This document shows, piece by piece, positions 23,561 through 38,300 of a stretch of DNA of 64,000 nucleotides. The stretch comes from Tubiluchus corallicola (taxonomy: Eukaryota > Animalia > Priapulida). The stretch is taken from NCBI GenBank assembly GCA_030141605.1, contig JAQGDQ010000470.1, positions 111,355-175,354 of the forward strand. The letters run 5' to 3'. The position numbers were made by a program, and so were the translations under genes. Below the pieces are notes generated by a model. It was not told where the DNA came from. It saw only the letters and a list, made by a program, of their open reading frames with translations, and ran no database searches. The number at the start of each line of letters is the position of its first letter. The first letter of the stretch is position 1.

Positions 23561-23751
23561 ATAAAATAAGACTAAAAAATTCAGATGATGATGATAATGA
23601 TAACTCTTTTACTCATTCTAGTTGCAGGCGCAATACATCAGTACCGTTATTATAATTCTGTTGAGAAATTTACAGGTTGTAAGAAGTAGGCAGTTACTGC
23701 GCAAATTGCTAGCTTTCGTAAAATATCATTTATTCGTGAATAACTTTAATA

Positions 23752-24231
23752 CCGTATTTTCCCGTGTATAAGAGACCCTTTTTTGCTCAGAATTTTCACT
23801 TTAAAAATAGGGGGTCTCTTATACATGGGAGTAAGTTTTCAATAAGATGCATAAATTGTGACACTAATGATTCTAAAGAAATAAGTGCTCTACAACTGTT
23901 TTATTTCGAATAATTATAGTTTCCTTTCAATAAATCTTCTCCATGGCTAAATTCTAATGATAAAATTAATGTACCGGGTAAGTTATTATTTTTTTAAATG
24001 TCAAAAGAGGACAATGCCATTTTTGAGCAGAGTGACTCCTCTGATGATGAACTGGCTGGAATTGCGGAAGGTCTGACTCCAGTTGATATTTTTGATGAGA
24101 GTGATGAGGAATTTAATGATTTCTATGATGAATAAAGTTATTCATTACCAAAAAACTTTTTTCCAGAATTTTTGCCTAAAAATTGAAGGGGTCTCTTATA
24201 CACAAGGGTCTCTTATACATGGGAAATACGG
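23752..24231 (+). mobile_element. pogo/Tigger-like MITE (internal deletion derivative)
   Basis: TA|CCGTATTTTCCCGTGTATAAGAGACCC ... GGGTCTCTTATACATGGGAAATACGG|TA; retains an acidic remnant EDNAIFEQSDSSDDE...DESDEEFNDFYDE* like pogo transposase C-termini. Confidence 0.8.
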
Positions 24232-24968
24232 TAATTATCATATCTGTGAACGGGAATCTCTCATAATGTTAGTCCAAGGTTCATGAATCTCTGGCGTCGT
24301 ATCAGTTATAGTGACATTTATGTCATTCATTACTTTTGTTGATGGATAATAGGTAGCTGACATTCTAAAAGTAGTAAATAAATATATTATTTTATGTAAA
24401 AAGATAAGAATTTTGTGTACTTTAATTTATATTTCTATTGTTAAAGCACTCGAACATAAATTTACAAACCAAAGCTACAATCTCACGAGTACCATAGCAG
24501 GAGCAAAAGTAAAATCAATGTGAGATGCCAGCCTGACATTAGTGTCAATGTTTAATGAATGACAAAGAATCGCTTAATATCTATGAACACATCTCATTCT
24601 GTTACTCAATTTTCCTCTGCTATTCGAATGATGTTGGTTTATTTAAAATAGTGCTTTCAGTGCCGTAATACAGAAACACGACATTTAGGAATTTCTGGCT
24701 GTCAACAGAGAGCGATAGATAGTCATTTTTTATGCACAAAATCCCTTTTTCTGGAGCTGAATGGTACGACGAAATTCACATATTTTTGTCTCCTTTTGTC
24801 TCCGAAAAGAGACGCAGTATATTTTGTTGGTAGGGACAGAGGTCACTGTAAGGGGTGATAGTAAAGATGATGATGACTGTTGATTATAGTAATGATGCTA
24901 GTGAAGATGGTGTAATGATGCTGACACGAAGAAAAGGCAAAAAAATAATGTAAAAGAGTCGAAGGAGA

Positions 24969-24969
24969 A

Positions 24970-25000
<31 letters not shown>

Positions 25001-25102
25001 GCGCTGATGGTGAGGATGGTGATGATGATGATAACGCTGACGGCGATGATGATGACGAAGACGGTGACGACTACTACTACGACGATGACGATGATGATGA
25101 TA
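24969..25102. repeat. (GAT)n degenerate microsatellite
   Basis: Direct. Confidence 0.9.
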
Positions 25103-25166
25103 GTGCAATTGTTATTGTTATGTATTGGTATTCTATTTTTTCTATTTTATACTGCAGGTTGCAAGT

Positions 25167-25637
25167 ATGAAGTGTCTCATCCTAATGTTATTTTGCTTGG
25201 AGGTTTCGTTATGTTTCCCAAATAATCTCCAGTACAGGAGGTACCAACAGCAACGTTTCAATCATCATCAACAACAACAACAACAACAACAACAATATCA
25301 ACGACAACCACCGTGCACTTACAGCGCACCAGTGATTAACATCGTGTTTAACGTGAACTCAAACAAAAATAACATGCCAAAACTGGATGATCCTGCCGAA
25401 CGTGAAGATGAATATGAATATGATGACGCTGATGACTTTTTTGTTCCTGACACGGGAACTCCCATTAGTGATCCAACAAAACTGGATGACCTTGCCGAAC
25501 GTGAACATCCTTTAGTACGTGATGATCCCGATGGCTTCTTCGTTCCTGAAACGGGAACTTTCATTAGTGATCCAACAAAACTGGAAGATCGCCAGGAGCT
25601 AAACCTGGGCGAATCCTTGTTCCCACGAAGTGTCTAA
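25167..25637 (+). CDS. Secreted orphan protein, 156 aa: signal peptide, Gln-rich segment, two acidic ~33-aa repeats
   Basis: Acceptor TTTTATACTGCAG ends at 25157, ATG 25167, signal MKCLILMLFCLEVSLC, repeats KLDDPAERE..FFVPDTGTPISDPT / KLDDLAERE..FFVPETGTFISDPT, AATAAA at 25728 and 25761; likely 5' UTR exon ending at 22844 (CAG|GTAAGA) with TATAAAA at ~22593. Confidence 0.75.
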   Translation: MKCLILMLFCLEVSLCFPNNLQYRRYQQQRFNHHQQQQQQQQQYQRQPPCTYSAPVINIVFNVNSNKNNMPKLDDPAEREDEYEYDDADDFFVPDTGTPISDPTKLDDLAEREHPLVRDDPDGFFVPETGTFISDPTKLEDRQELNLGESLFPRSV

Positions 25638-26158
25638 TGAATGTTAAACAGTTTCTGACTATTTGGTACAAGTATTTAAGAAAGTTTAAAGAAGAATGTA
25701 AAATCATGAATACCTAACGTGAAAGATAATAAATGCTGTATATTTTTCGGCGTGTATTTGGAATAAATTTTTTGATGACTTAATTTTTTTCTTAAACGAA
25801 TGGCTGCTTCCAAGTTTTGCTTCAAGATAGCAAGCATCGTTTACTAAACGTCTAACAATCTACGCAAAACAACATGGCAACACTAGGGTAACAGCAACAG
25901 CAGCAGCAATAATGATTCAATTGAATAGTACAGTCGCTACAGCAGTAACATAATCTTAAAGGTGTGCTTTTGGATTTAGTAAAGGCATCCTAAAATATTG
26001 GACTGAATTCGACTCAGGGAATCGAACTCCAAGATGGCATGGCGGTCTTGATATTGCGCATCATGAAGATCCATTTTACTATTTTTGTGTAACTGATTAC
26101 TTAACTGCAAATGTTAATTTTAATTACAAACGATATGCTAATTAACTAAGTTAATGTC

Positions 26159-26521
26159 TGTAAGGTAGTACCATATACATGCTATAGTATGTCATTTAAC
26201 TCTCATAAAATAAAATAACAAAAACTACACTGTACAGAGTTTATTATCAGCACTAATAAAAACAGGGAACAAAATACACGGGCACAAAAATAACTAACTC
26301 AGTAACAGCACTACACCCGAGGAGCACCTGTGTTAGAAATCAAGGCTGTAGTGACCTCTACACGCTTTTATACTGGCATTCCAGGTCAGCTGGCTTGTCA
26401 CATTACGTGTAGGCTCAAACAAGACGTCTGGACCTACAAGAAAGGCGTGAGTCGCTGCTGACGTGGAAGCAGGGCGTGTAGAGGGCCCTACACCTGACCC
26501 GATACAGGTGCCACCGTAACA
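26159..26521 (-). mobile_element. Probable solo LTR
   Basis: Minus strand TGTTAC...CCTTACA with TATAAAA and AATAAA in LTR order; TSD not clean (ATGTC vs ATATA). Confidence 0.5.
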
Positions 26522-27074
26522 ATATAAAAGTTGGATTCGTTAAATCCATGTGGATCACTATAATACCTAATATTACCACACTCTACATAATAACTATATA
26601 CTATATAGTTTCCCTACAGTTAAAGAAAGTGCTGCAGTCACATTTGGGGTTTTTACTTACATCTGTTTTCAGTGACGAGGATTTACTCACGAACCATCCA
26701 AAATTTACCGCAGCTTCCCAAAAGATGGCGCAAGTGTGGCTGTTTTACAACTTGACAGCTTCCTAACTTTCTGAGTTATGTTACATCTGTTAGCTCCCTG
26801 AGAAGCCACGCAATGGAGGCTCGTTTTGCGGCTCCCAGAAGGCGGCGCTAGTAGCTTAGGGACTGAACGGAAAAGCATATAAATGTTGCAGACGATTTCG
26901 TCCTCTTTCTAGTAAGTAAAGTACGACACTCAAGGCGCTAATGCAATAATCCCACAAAGTTACCACTCAGTCTAAACGATCAACATGTACTTAATTAATT
27001 ATTGAAGTTTAATTAATGTTTTTTGAATAGTTTCATAAACGTTTTTCTATATTATCTAACGACTACATGTAGTT

Positions 27075-27972
27075 AATTGCCTTTATGTGAATTACTTTTA
27101 CATAGGTACCTTTATGTGAATTGCTTTTACATAGGTACATTTATGTGAATTGCTTTTACATAGGTACCTTGCTTTTACATAGGTACCTTTATGTGAATTG
27201 CTTTTACATAGGTACCTTGCTTTTACATAGGTACCTTTATGTGAATTGCTTTTACATAGGTACCTTGCTTTTATAGGTACCTTTATGCGAATTGGTTTTA
27301 CATAAGTACCTTTATGTGGATTGCTTTTACATAGGTACCTTTGTGTGAACTGCTTTTACATAGGTACCTTTATGTGAATTGCTTTTACATAGGTACCTTT
27401 ATGTGAATTGCTTTTACATAGGTACCTTGTTTTTACATAGGTACCTTTATGTGAATTGCTTTTACATAGGTACCTTTGTGTGAACTGCTTTTACATTATG
27501 CGAATTGGTTTTACATAAGTACCTTTATGTGGATTGCTTTTACATAGGTACCTTTGTGTGAACTGCTTTTACATAGGTACCTTTATGTGAATTGCTTTTA
27601 CATAGGTACCTTTATGTGAATTGCTTTTACATAGGTACCTTGTTTTTACATAGGTACCTTTATGTGAATTGCTTTTACATAGGTACCTTTGTGTGAACTG
27701 CTTTTACATAGGTACCTTCATGTGAATTGGTTTTACATAGGTACCTTTAAGTGAATTGCTTTTACATAGGTTCCTTTATGTGAATTGCTTTTACATAGGT
27801 ACCTTCATGTGAATTGGTTTTACATAGGTACCTTTATGTGAATTGCTTTTACATAGGTACCTTGCTTTTACATAGGTACCTTTATGCGAATTGCTTTTAC
27901 ATAGGTACCTTGCTTTTACATAGGTACCTTTATGCGAATTGCTTTTACATAGGTACCTTGCTTTTACATAGG
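27075..27972. repeat. 29-bp minisatellite with interspersed 19-bp variants, ~0.9 kb, upstream of the ferlin start
   Basis: Unit TTTATGTGAATTGCTTTTACATAGGTACC; short variant TTGCTTTTACATAGGTACC. Confidence 0.97.
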
Positions 27973-28799
27973 TTTATTACAAACCTGTTAACCGGGTCAT
28001 CTATTACTGAATCAAGAATAATGCTGATCATGTATGTATACAATCAACATTTTTATTAGTACGTGTACTAATAAATGTTATACAATTTAAATCAATTAGT
28101 TACTGCACTAGCAAGCAAACTAACTAAAAAATCAGCTCAACACCAATTTGGCTAAGTTATCAAGGTCAATGCTAATATTTACTCTACTATTTTTCGTGTA
28201 CTTTAGCCAGGTACGATCATTACAAATGTACGTTACAACACTTTGACTATCACACCGACACTTATCAGTACATTCAGTAGAGGTACAGGAATATGGTTGC
28301 CATTTCTCTCTAAATGTGAACATTCCAAGTCTTATTCAAGTTGGTTTTGTTGGCATAAACATTTTTTACTTTCGCAATGTCCAGAGACTAACACATTCTA
28401 CAAATTCTATTACGTTGGCTGTATTTGCAAAGCCTCGTATTTATTTACATGAAATTTACGAGGCACATCAGCTATCTGGAGTGTTTGAAACCACCCATCG
28501 TTGCCTGTGTTATGCTGTATATAAGGAGACGGACCAGCTGATGTAGGAATTTTTAGAAATGCAGCTTCACATCACGCTGGTGCTGAGTATTACTGCATCC
28601 TGTCTGCACATGGTTCTACACCGGATGAATGAAAGTTAATATTGGTGTATTGAAAGGAAGTTTTAAAACTAATCACAATGTATAACAGTAAGAACAACGC
28701 ATTCCGCTGGTATAATTTGCAGCTCATGATGCCTGTGAAAAATTAGATAGTTTCCCGTGCTTATTGATTTGCATAAAGCGATATAGTTCTGAGATCAAA

Positions 28800-28893
28800 A
28801 TGTCTCTGGAAGTGGTGGTGATAAGTGCAGAAAATGTGCCAAATGTGGAGACAATTGGAAAGAGTGATCCCTATGCAACCGTAGAGTTTTTAG
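28800..28893 (+). CDS. Ferlin exon 1 ([31 protein letters not shown]), C2A
   Basis: AAAATG start, TAG|GTAATG donor. Confidence 0.9.
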
Positions 28894-31800
28894 GTAATGT
28901 ATGTTCTCAACATGTACATACATATATATTGTATATACTCTATTCAGTCTATTGTAATTTGCGTGTAATATTATGTATATTTTGTTTTAAATTTTTGGCA
29001 CAGTAGTTTTTAGTTTGCACTGGACGCATTTGCCTTTAACAGTTGTGTGAATTTTGTTCTCATGCTGCGATGTTCTTTTATGCTTTTATAGTTATGAATA
29101 TTGATTTTTTATGGCAAATAAAGATTATTATATATATATATCATTATATATGTACATACCACTTTGCATTTCCTCTAACTTATTCATGCATGAGCATTCT
29201 ACACGAGCACATTTTGCCATGGCGTTATGCAAGAAAGTACGTTGCACTTCAGCCAGTAAGACAAATTCTACACCTTTACATTTTCTTTACCTTACATTAC
29301 ACAGTAAATTGTTCATACATTTGCGTTCCTTTGATATCATCGTCAGAAATCATCAAAATTTCACCATCTTAGATACCTGATGCACTTCAATATGAAAACC
29401 TATGCACAATTTGTTTCTCTTTTGTACAATCTACTCACTTAGTAACAAGCTAACAAGTTATTAAGTAAGTTATGTTACTTAATAACAAAGTACAATAACT
29501 TTAAAAAATGTGATTGTTTACCAATGGAATTTATAAACGATATCTTTTCTCTTTGAGAGGATTTTTGTAGGTTTTCATGTTGGGCAGAACAGTGTTTGAT
29601 TAACGACTTTGTAGTTTTACGTATTTCGTGATTGTAATATTTTCTTCAAAATCGTCTGTGTAGCGCATCTATCTACATTCTACAGGAATGAGAATTTACG
29701 TGCAATAAGTACGTACGGCTTTTAGTACTTCAGTTGTTTATGCATCACTCATAAGCATTTATAAAAACACAAATTTTATTCTTAGTGGCACCTATGTACG
29801 TACAAATTAGGACAAATACCCACTATGGAACGAACTCTGTAATCAAGCAAGCAACTCTACTTTGGAATTTTCTACCATTACAGGTTAAACATATCAAGTC
29901 CCTATCAGCATTTAAAACAAAATCAAAATCACTAATATTAAACAGATATGAAATACCATCACACCAGTACGCCAACATACACACTAATTCAGAATTTATA
30001 TATCCACGGCCATATTAATTAAATCATAATTTTTTCATTTTTTGTGCATAGTTGTAAATATGTTTGATTTTATTCGTCGTTACTTTCCATTACTGCGCAG
30101 TAGTTTAGATTGCACTGACGCATTTGCCTTTAGCAGTGTAAGTTTTTATTAACTAACACTGATTGATCATCTCTGTAAAGTCTTTATCAGTGATTACCAA
30201 TGTATTTTAATAGCAAATAAAGATTATTATATATTTGTCATTAAAACAGCTCACTCGTTACAATAAAATTGAGCAAGCCTCAGCGTAATATTAAAATAAC
30301 AATACTGTTCAAGACAAATGCGTCCAGAGCAAATTGAAAAGCTAAAGTGCAAAACTATGGTAACGTCAGATGCAAATAACGTCAGACCTTAAGTGTTCTC
30401 TTAATTTCTTTTTAAACTGTAAGACAGATTTTATTTATTTTATATCACTCGATAATGACATGTATGGCAAAGGGGCAGAAAAACAGCTTAATCGCCACGC
30501 CTTTTCTGTAGAGATGTACCTACAAGAATATCACGTGCTTAACATTATTATGTTTTTTTATTTGTAGAAGTAAAAATAAAAAATTGCATTAAATGACTGA
30601 ATATTTATTTCACCTCTACTGTTTGTATATCTTATCTTAGAGGTTTACCGTTTATAATAAGTTAGGTACCGGTGCTGTTACAACCCACAACATTATAAGC
30701 AGCTAGTCCTGCCCTGAAGTGCTCAATATCAGCTTGCAGTATGCCGAATGGATAAAAAGTTAGTGTTCAGTTCATGTTTTCAGCTGTAAATCACAAATAT
30801 AAAGCAGCTGGAAGTGGGTTTAGCTTCTTTTTTACTGAGGGCTCACAAATGTTGGAATACTCGTATTTTTCAACAATTTTTCATCAACAAATTTTACACC
30901 CGAACGCTTAAATCAAGTCGCATTTTGATTTGCAATGCAACGTGTATTTAAATTGCCTAAAAAAATTGTGTCAACTTGAATTCACCAACGAAGATATGCC
31001 CACGTAGTGTTCCAAATCCCTTGATACGATGCATGTGTAACTTTCATCATAGCATCCATAGCATAGCATAGTATAGCATAGCATCCAGTGAAAATCACGA
31101 GAGCTAGTCATTAGCGAGTTTAGGGCCTGTAATAAACTGCTCTCCTTGCCCCTCAATTTCCGTTCACTAGATGTCTACTCCATGCCAAGCTGGAAATGTC
31201 ACGTCGTGTGTTCACACAGGTAGGCGACCACGCGATTTAACCGTCAAGCGGTTAACGCGGCGTAACGTTTATTCATAATGTCGTGTCTTTACTGAGAAAA
31301 ATCTATCGAGCTGTTTAGAGGCAAGTCTTATAAACTGGTTGTTTCGTGAATTCCTAGATTACATGTCGCCATCATGTAAGGGACGATCATCGCCGTTCCT
31401 TACACTTATCACTTATCTGCGAACATGAAATGAAAGCAGATTTTTTTCTTGAACTTTTTTGATAAAATCACAATTGATGTTCCAAGCATCTTCAATGTAA
31501 ACGTAATCATTTATAATAGCCTACATTTCACTGTTTAATTCTATGCATTTCTACTCTAAACATCTGCATAGATTATGTCTAACGTGTCTCGCGATAAAGT
31601 TTCACAAATAAAATTTGATTTAATTTATTCCAAATAGCAGCTGTGTTCGATCTTAAAATTCTTAAAATTAAGAGCAAAAATAATTAACTTTTCCCTTCAC
31701 ATTTACTGCTTAAGATAGACAAGTATATAAACGTATTAAAATTCATCATAAGCTAAAGACACGAAACCTAAAAGAAAAGACGCCACAACTCTAAGATCAT

Positions 31801-34800
31801 CGGATATCGTCACACATTGTAGATGACGGAATGTCCCAAACAAAACTTCAAATTCCGCATTGGCTTGCTAACGGTTAATTTATTCTGAGAAAATAAAATA
31901 AAAGCATTTTGCAAATTCATGTGATTATACAAGATTATTATAAAATAGGAATTAAATCAAAATATTAAATTATTTAGGTATGAATTACACAATTATTACA
32001 AAGCACAACGATTGTAAAGTAGTAGAATGCTACACGAAACAGAAATTAAACTTCTCTTTTAAGTAATCCAAAAAAATTAATAATCATCATATTAAACTTA
32101 TGTATATTGGCCAGCCCTGGCATTTAAATTGAAAGGTATCAGAAAACTGCAGAAACAGGTCACAAGCATTTATCAAATCACTGAATTTGGATAAATTAAG
32201 TATAAAACAGATAGCAAACACCTAGACAGCGTAACAATCTACTGTCCTACTGACTTGTGCATAAAACCAGATTGAATCACCTGAGTATATAAGTACAGGC
32301 TAACAAATTTAAAGCAAGAAATTCATTCAAGGCCTAAAAGGTGGCAGCACATGACAGTATCATTATCCCCAACAGACATCAAAATAGAACAATCAGTACA
32401 CGCATCACTGCAATTATCAAGGTACAAAAAATTATTACCAAATCAAGAGTGAAATTCAAATTACACAAAGAGATTGTATAAAAAAAGTAAAAAATTAGTA
32501 CCTTATACATGATAATTAGTCTGCGTTCAACAAACAACTTGTTGAAATGAATTTAAACGAGCGGCCATTGTGATAATTTAAAAATTTTAATCATAATATT
32601 CCATAATAGTAATAATATTCATAAATGTTGTGATTAAAAATTTTTAAATTATATCTATGGCCACTAGTTTATGTTTGTATTGAGTTAAGAGGTATCAATA
32701 TGTATATCAAATCAATAAAAGATCATAGGGTGTTCATTTGCGCTAATCCTAACTGTCATGCGTACTCTAGTTTGTCTGCCCAATTATGTAGGTGTATAAG
32801 TTCAATATTTCCATTACAATTTTCAATATCCCGGACCCCGCTCGTGATTTTTTCGAAATTTTGACCAAACGGCATGCAGAAAAAACGTTCTAGCGGCGCC
32901 TGGTGGGACTCTCGGAAGGAGATATATAGCTCTTTAGAAAGAGGAATAACAGGGCTACACGATGATGTGGGCTATATTTTAGGACGCTTCCTTCCTGAGG
33001 AGCTGTGATGAGTTAATAAGCTGTTCTATTTTCGGCAATTTTCGCTTAGCCATTGTTCTGACGTCATCCATTATACTCTGCCTGTAACTTTATAGCTTTA
33101 ATTCAGTAAAAGCTGCTACTGGCTTTGCGTTATAAGTGAGGACTGTGTAGGATGTTCGCGTATTATTGATTATAAGTGTATTTATACGCAAAAATTTTTG
33201 CGGGGCCTTTGCTAGTGTTAATACTAATATTCTGCTACTTTGTGGTGTAGGAGTACGGAAAAAGACGAAAGTATTGAAGGATACGCTAAACCCGTCTTGG
33301 AATGAGGTATGTGATGGTAAAACGTTCGTATGACAACAGTTAACATGAATAATTCGTTTATTTTCTTAATATGTTAATTAGTTGTAGCAGTTTAGAGTAC
33401 ATGTATGCATATCTGCGCTGGTGCACATACCAGACCGTAACTCTTATCGTACTGGCGTGGAACTTTGTACCTGTACTGATACGAAAAAATACCCAAAATA
33501 TGATACTGTGCTTTTTTGAACCAGAGTTTTATAACGTTAATCAGAACGTCGATCATGCGCACTCTAGCTCTGCTAACTGCCCAATCAGAGTGCGTGACTT
33601 TCCAGGCATTTCCGAAAGCTGCATGTCGCCGTTCTTTCGGGACACTAATTACCGCTGTGCAATGCCAGACTATATACAGTTATTGTAATACTGTTATACT
33701 ATCTATCTGTTATACTGTGTGTTATATCTATCTGTATGTATATATATTGTTATGCACTGCTATTTCCATTGTTATACTATCATGATTAAAGGAAAACCGG
33801 ATGATTGTGTAAACATTAGTTCAGAATAAAGACACAAGGTGTATGGTGCGTGGTGCTTGATGCTTCGGGATTTCCCCACGTTACAATGATGGCGGAGTGA
33901 CAGGCCAATACGCTTGACGTCAATTTCCTGCACCAGCGCGGGTTTTCATTGTTATAAACTGTTTTTGGTTCGTTTAAAGTTAACAACAGACATAACAGCA
34001 GAAACTCCGTTGTTGAAGATTTTATATAAATTGAAAAAAAATATTCCATGCTTCTTCAGCTAACACGCTTCAATCAATTACCTTTATTGCAGATAGAATT
34101 ATAGTGTATGTAGCTAACGCACCACAAACAGTTTTCTTGAGGCGCTTGCTAAATACCACAACGTGTTTATTCACACCATGGCATGACGTACGATTTTAAT
34201 CCACTTCATGATTGTTGAAAGGCATTTGCACTTTGTAGCATTTTCCTCCTTATGCAATGGCTCTTTTGTGATAATATTCGCAATTAAATAAATTAAACAA
34301 ACGCTACTTAACGTGATTTGCAGGAAATAAAACGTTTCCCGTTTAGATGTGAAGCTTACTGTGTTTGTATCTGGGTTTGGTGTAATATTTAACTCCGTAG
34401 CTTCACGACATTTTAATTAAGAATACATCAATTAACAGAAATTATGTACAGATCACGTTTAAGATTCAAAACAATGTTAAGCGTTATCTAAGTTGTTTCT
34501 CGTGTTTTAGACTCTTGTATTCGATCTTGGCGGCAAGCCTTTGACTGCTAATGACGCCATAGAAGTTACTGTGAAAGATTATGAAAAAATTGGCAGAAAC
34601 AGGTACGTTTGTGACCCCGGGGGTTCAGTCAAAATATTGTTTTCGGGCCCGAAAGCCAAAAAGAACACGTAAATTTACAGAAAATCACTTAGCCTTCATG
34701 TTTGATTATAAATAGTCGATATCTTATCACAACCATGTTTTTCTATAAAAATGGCGCAACTTTGTAATTTTGTGTTATACTGTAAACATTAACGGAAAGA

Positions 34801-35319
34801 CTTAATTGAGAATCATAGCTATAAATGGGCTTCAAGAACTAAATTTTGCAAGGAAGCCCGATGTTTTCCGTCTCGGCAAGGTTTGTCTTGAAGGTCCTGA
34901 CAAAGATTGATCATACAGGTACAGTAAACCAAAAAGATTTGGCACAGCAAAAGGTACATTCTTGATTAATGATTTATTGCAGGCTGTTGGGAACTGTTGC
35001 GGTGCCACTAAGAGACATTTTACGAGGAAGTCACAGTCTACAAGTGTCAACTCAACTACAAGATTCGAACAAGCAGCAACTTCCGGTACGTACGAATGAC
35101 AACTTACGGCACTCATTGTATTCAGTTAGCTGTGTGCAACTTCATGCCAAAGACTTAAAAATGGTACCTGCTGTTGCCCTGCCTGGCCCGTGGTATTTAG
35201 GGTAAAAGTGGGGTAATAATAGTCTCTGTTATGTAGTTGTATGTTGTTATTTACAGTCGCTGATAATAGCTCTTTGATCTAATGTTAATTGTTCACCCAA
35301 AAGCCAACATTAAATAAAG

Positions 35320-35396
<77 letters not shown>

Positions 35397-38300
35397 CCAA
35401 ATGATGTCAGTCCTTAAAGCTTAAAGAAACCGTAAGAACTCAAAAATGTTGCCAGGAGAACCATTGAGCTAAGGTACCACTTTACTGAGAAACTGAGTCA
35501 TGAAAGATGAGTAATAAATGACTGGACCATCCCTCACCTAATGGTTAGTAAACGCACAAGCAATCAAAACCAAAAATACGGAAATTTTAAGCGAAAGGTG
35601 GCAAATGGCGGGTGCCTATGGGCCCAAGGGACTAATAAGCCAAGACCAAGCAAATGCACCTCTCTGGAGGGCCACAATACGGTTACCTAACTATTTTTGA
35701 AATACCGTCATTTAGTTTGTATTTATTTCTGGTTTTATACGTTCCAGGCTAAAATCAATCTGAGGTTGATTTATAAAGTTCCTCCAGGTTTTGAAACACA
35801 GAAACCTGCTTCAGTAGATACAACTGACACCGCAGATGGCGCTGTAGGAGATACCTTTGCACAAGGTGGGTCTCACAAGACCATAGTGAATCTTTGTGTC
35901 TTTTAGAAGCACCTCTTTTTCCCCTTTTTTCTTTGTGTTTTTCCTTTCTATGCTTCTTCCAATTTTTGTCTCGTATAAACCAGTAACCGTTAGCAATATA
36001 TTGTATTTTTCTCGTAACTAATTCTAGTGGCCTAGCATAAGCTAGCTTCTTAGGTCTCTAGCGCAGAATTCATGAATTGTATCATAATTTTGTATTAACA
36101 AAAACTGATTATCGATGCACATGTAATGCATGTGTAAACGTTTATTGCGAAATAAATCTATTGAATTGATTGAACTGAAATTGATTGAACAAAATCGTTT
36201 CAAGATGTACGGCCAAAAAGTAGGTTTGACTGGTTAGTCATAATGTTCTGCCTTGGCATAGATCTGTTGAAGCTCATTCTTAAAGAGATGTTTAGGCAAA
36301 AGCACAGGAAAAATAAATCGATACAAAAAATTTTCTATGTGTTCAGATAATGTTAATGTTACACAGATTATATGGCGTAAGTTACATATAGATTAGCAAT
36401 GAAACAAAGCTATGCTTGGGAAAAATGTTGCCAAAAGTTGCTGCGTTCTGCATGTGAAACTGCCACGGTTTACCAAGAGTTCTCAGAAAACTTTATCACA
36501 GAACTTCTAACAAACATACAGGTGTCCACAGAGTTTGGCTGTTCCGTTCGAACAATGCAATGTAATGTTGTTGGCATCCTTCTGTCTCGGAATGCGCCAA
36601 GAGAGTCAGTTATTGATCACATTGATGGAGCTGCAGTATCGACTGTGGCTGAGCGATCCGATCCTTGAACCACTGGAATGGCCTCTCCAGGGCGCACGCC
36701 TGGGCAAGGGGGAGGAGATCCTGAGTTGCCCAGACAACAGGAACCCCCTCTCTTTCTCCCTGGTGTAGTCCAAAGGAAAGCGGAGCGATACGTTTGGCAC
36801 CAGGTTGGCTGCAGGAGCTGCCGGAATCAGTGAGCATGCTGCACTGGTCTGCCTTCGGGGCTCCACTCCTGATTTGGAAGGTTTACTCCTCTACACATGG
36901 CCGTTGGGTCACTTGGCCTCCTCCGCCCTCTAACCGTTGGCTGCTTGTGCAGCTCCTCCGCCTAGTGTCGAGATACAGTGTGGACATCCCGCAAGCCTAC
37001 AGCACCTGGTATTCCTAGGCGGTCACCCATCCAAGTACTAACCAGGCTTACGTTGCTTAACTTCGTTGACCAGACGAGAACCGGCGTTTTCAACGTGACA
37101 TGGCCATAGTAGTTTCAATGCAGTGCAATGTAGGATGCGAAAATCAGAAACATGGCCACTTATAATTACATGGCAACAGCTGCATCCAAGCTTAATCAAA
37201 ATAACTGAGAGGCGAACGGCTAATATGAGTTAATAAAAGCAGAGTATGTGCGTTGTTAGGTACTGAGGTCGCTAAAGAGCTCTCATTTACAAATGTAGAC
37301 GTGTGCCCAGCTTTCAATAAAATTCAGTATAAGTGTTAAATGAACAAGGTTTTATTGAGTACACAAATAATCTACAGATTGTTTACTTATGTTAAAAAAA
37401 TTGTTTGCTGAATGCACAATAATCATTGATCAACTGAAGTATCATTCAAAGGATCACGTGAGTTTCTTTTTCTATGTTTTTCTTTACCGTCTTTTTATTT
37501 GAAATACACAGTATGGCATTTACGGGCAGTGAGAGTGTCAGAATGATGTCTTTTCACAAAAATCGTAGTTAATGTAGCAAACTGTGCAACTTATATGCAA
37601 AGCAAAATGGGCTAATCTCGAACAATGAGCTGTCGGGTTTTACGAAAGATGACAAAGTATTACAGACGCTGCTCTTTCCTTTGCTTAAGCCATAAGTCAT
37701 TTATTTCACATTACACTTATACAATAGTTTCATGTACAATATCTAGTGAAAGGGCCTACAATGAACATAATACAAATAAGAAATACTGCTCAGGAAAACC
37801 TCAAACACTGTTCACCTGTATACGAAGGTAAATGTGTTGTGGGCAATCAAAAAGCAGGGCTTGTTAGATTGTCCCACACAGTGAAAGAAAAAAGAGTAAT
37901 GAAAATAATCTGAAAATTTAAAGTGAATCGTATGATAAAAAAACATTAGTGCTTAAAATGGAATGATGTAATGAATGAAGCTCATATATGAGATGATATA
38001 AAAGACAGAAAGACTATTATTTGTTAATAGTATGTAGAATTAAGATAACTTGATTAAGATAACACCACTGTTTCGCAAATACTGTGAGGATGGATACTGA
38101 TAGAAATTTTGATTACTCACTGATACTTACTTAAAATTTCATTTTTTAGCATTTTTTTAAATCTAGCAATAGATCTGCTATTTTTTGCGGATTGACATGA
38201 GCAGATTTGCTTCATTAACAAACAAGAGGAAAAACAATTTTGATGCTGTTTTTTTATTTTTAGTACACCCTCTCTACCTTCTTAGTAGGCTCTCTACAAC

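Noticed and set aside
27075-27972. CRISPR-like array (29-bp, partly palindromic repeats)
   Set aside because: Repeats are head-to-tail with no unique spacers, no cas genes, and the context is eukaryotic.
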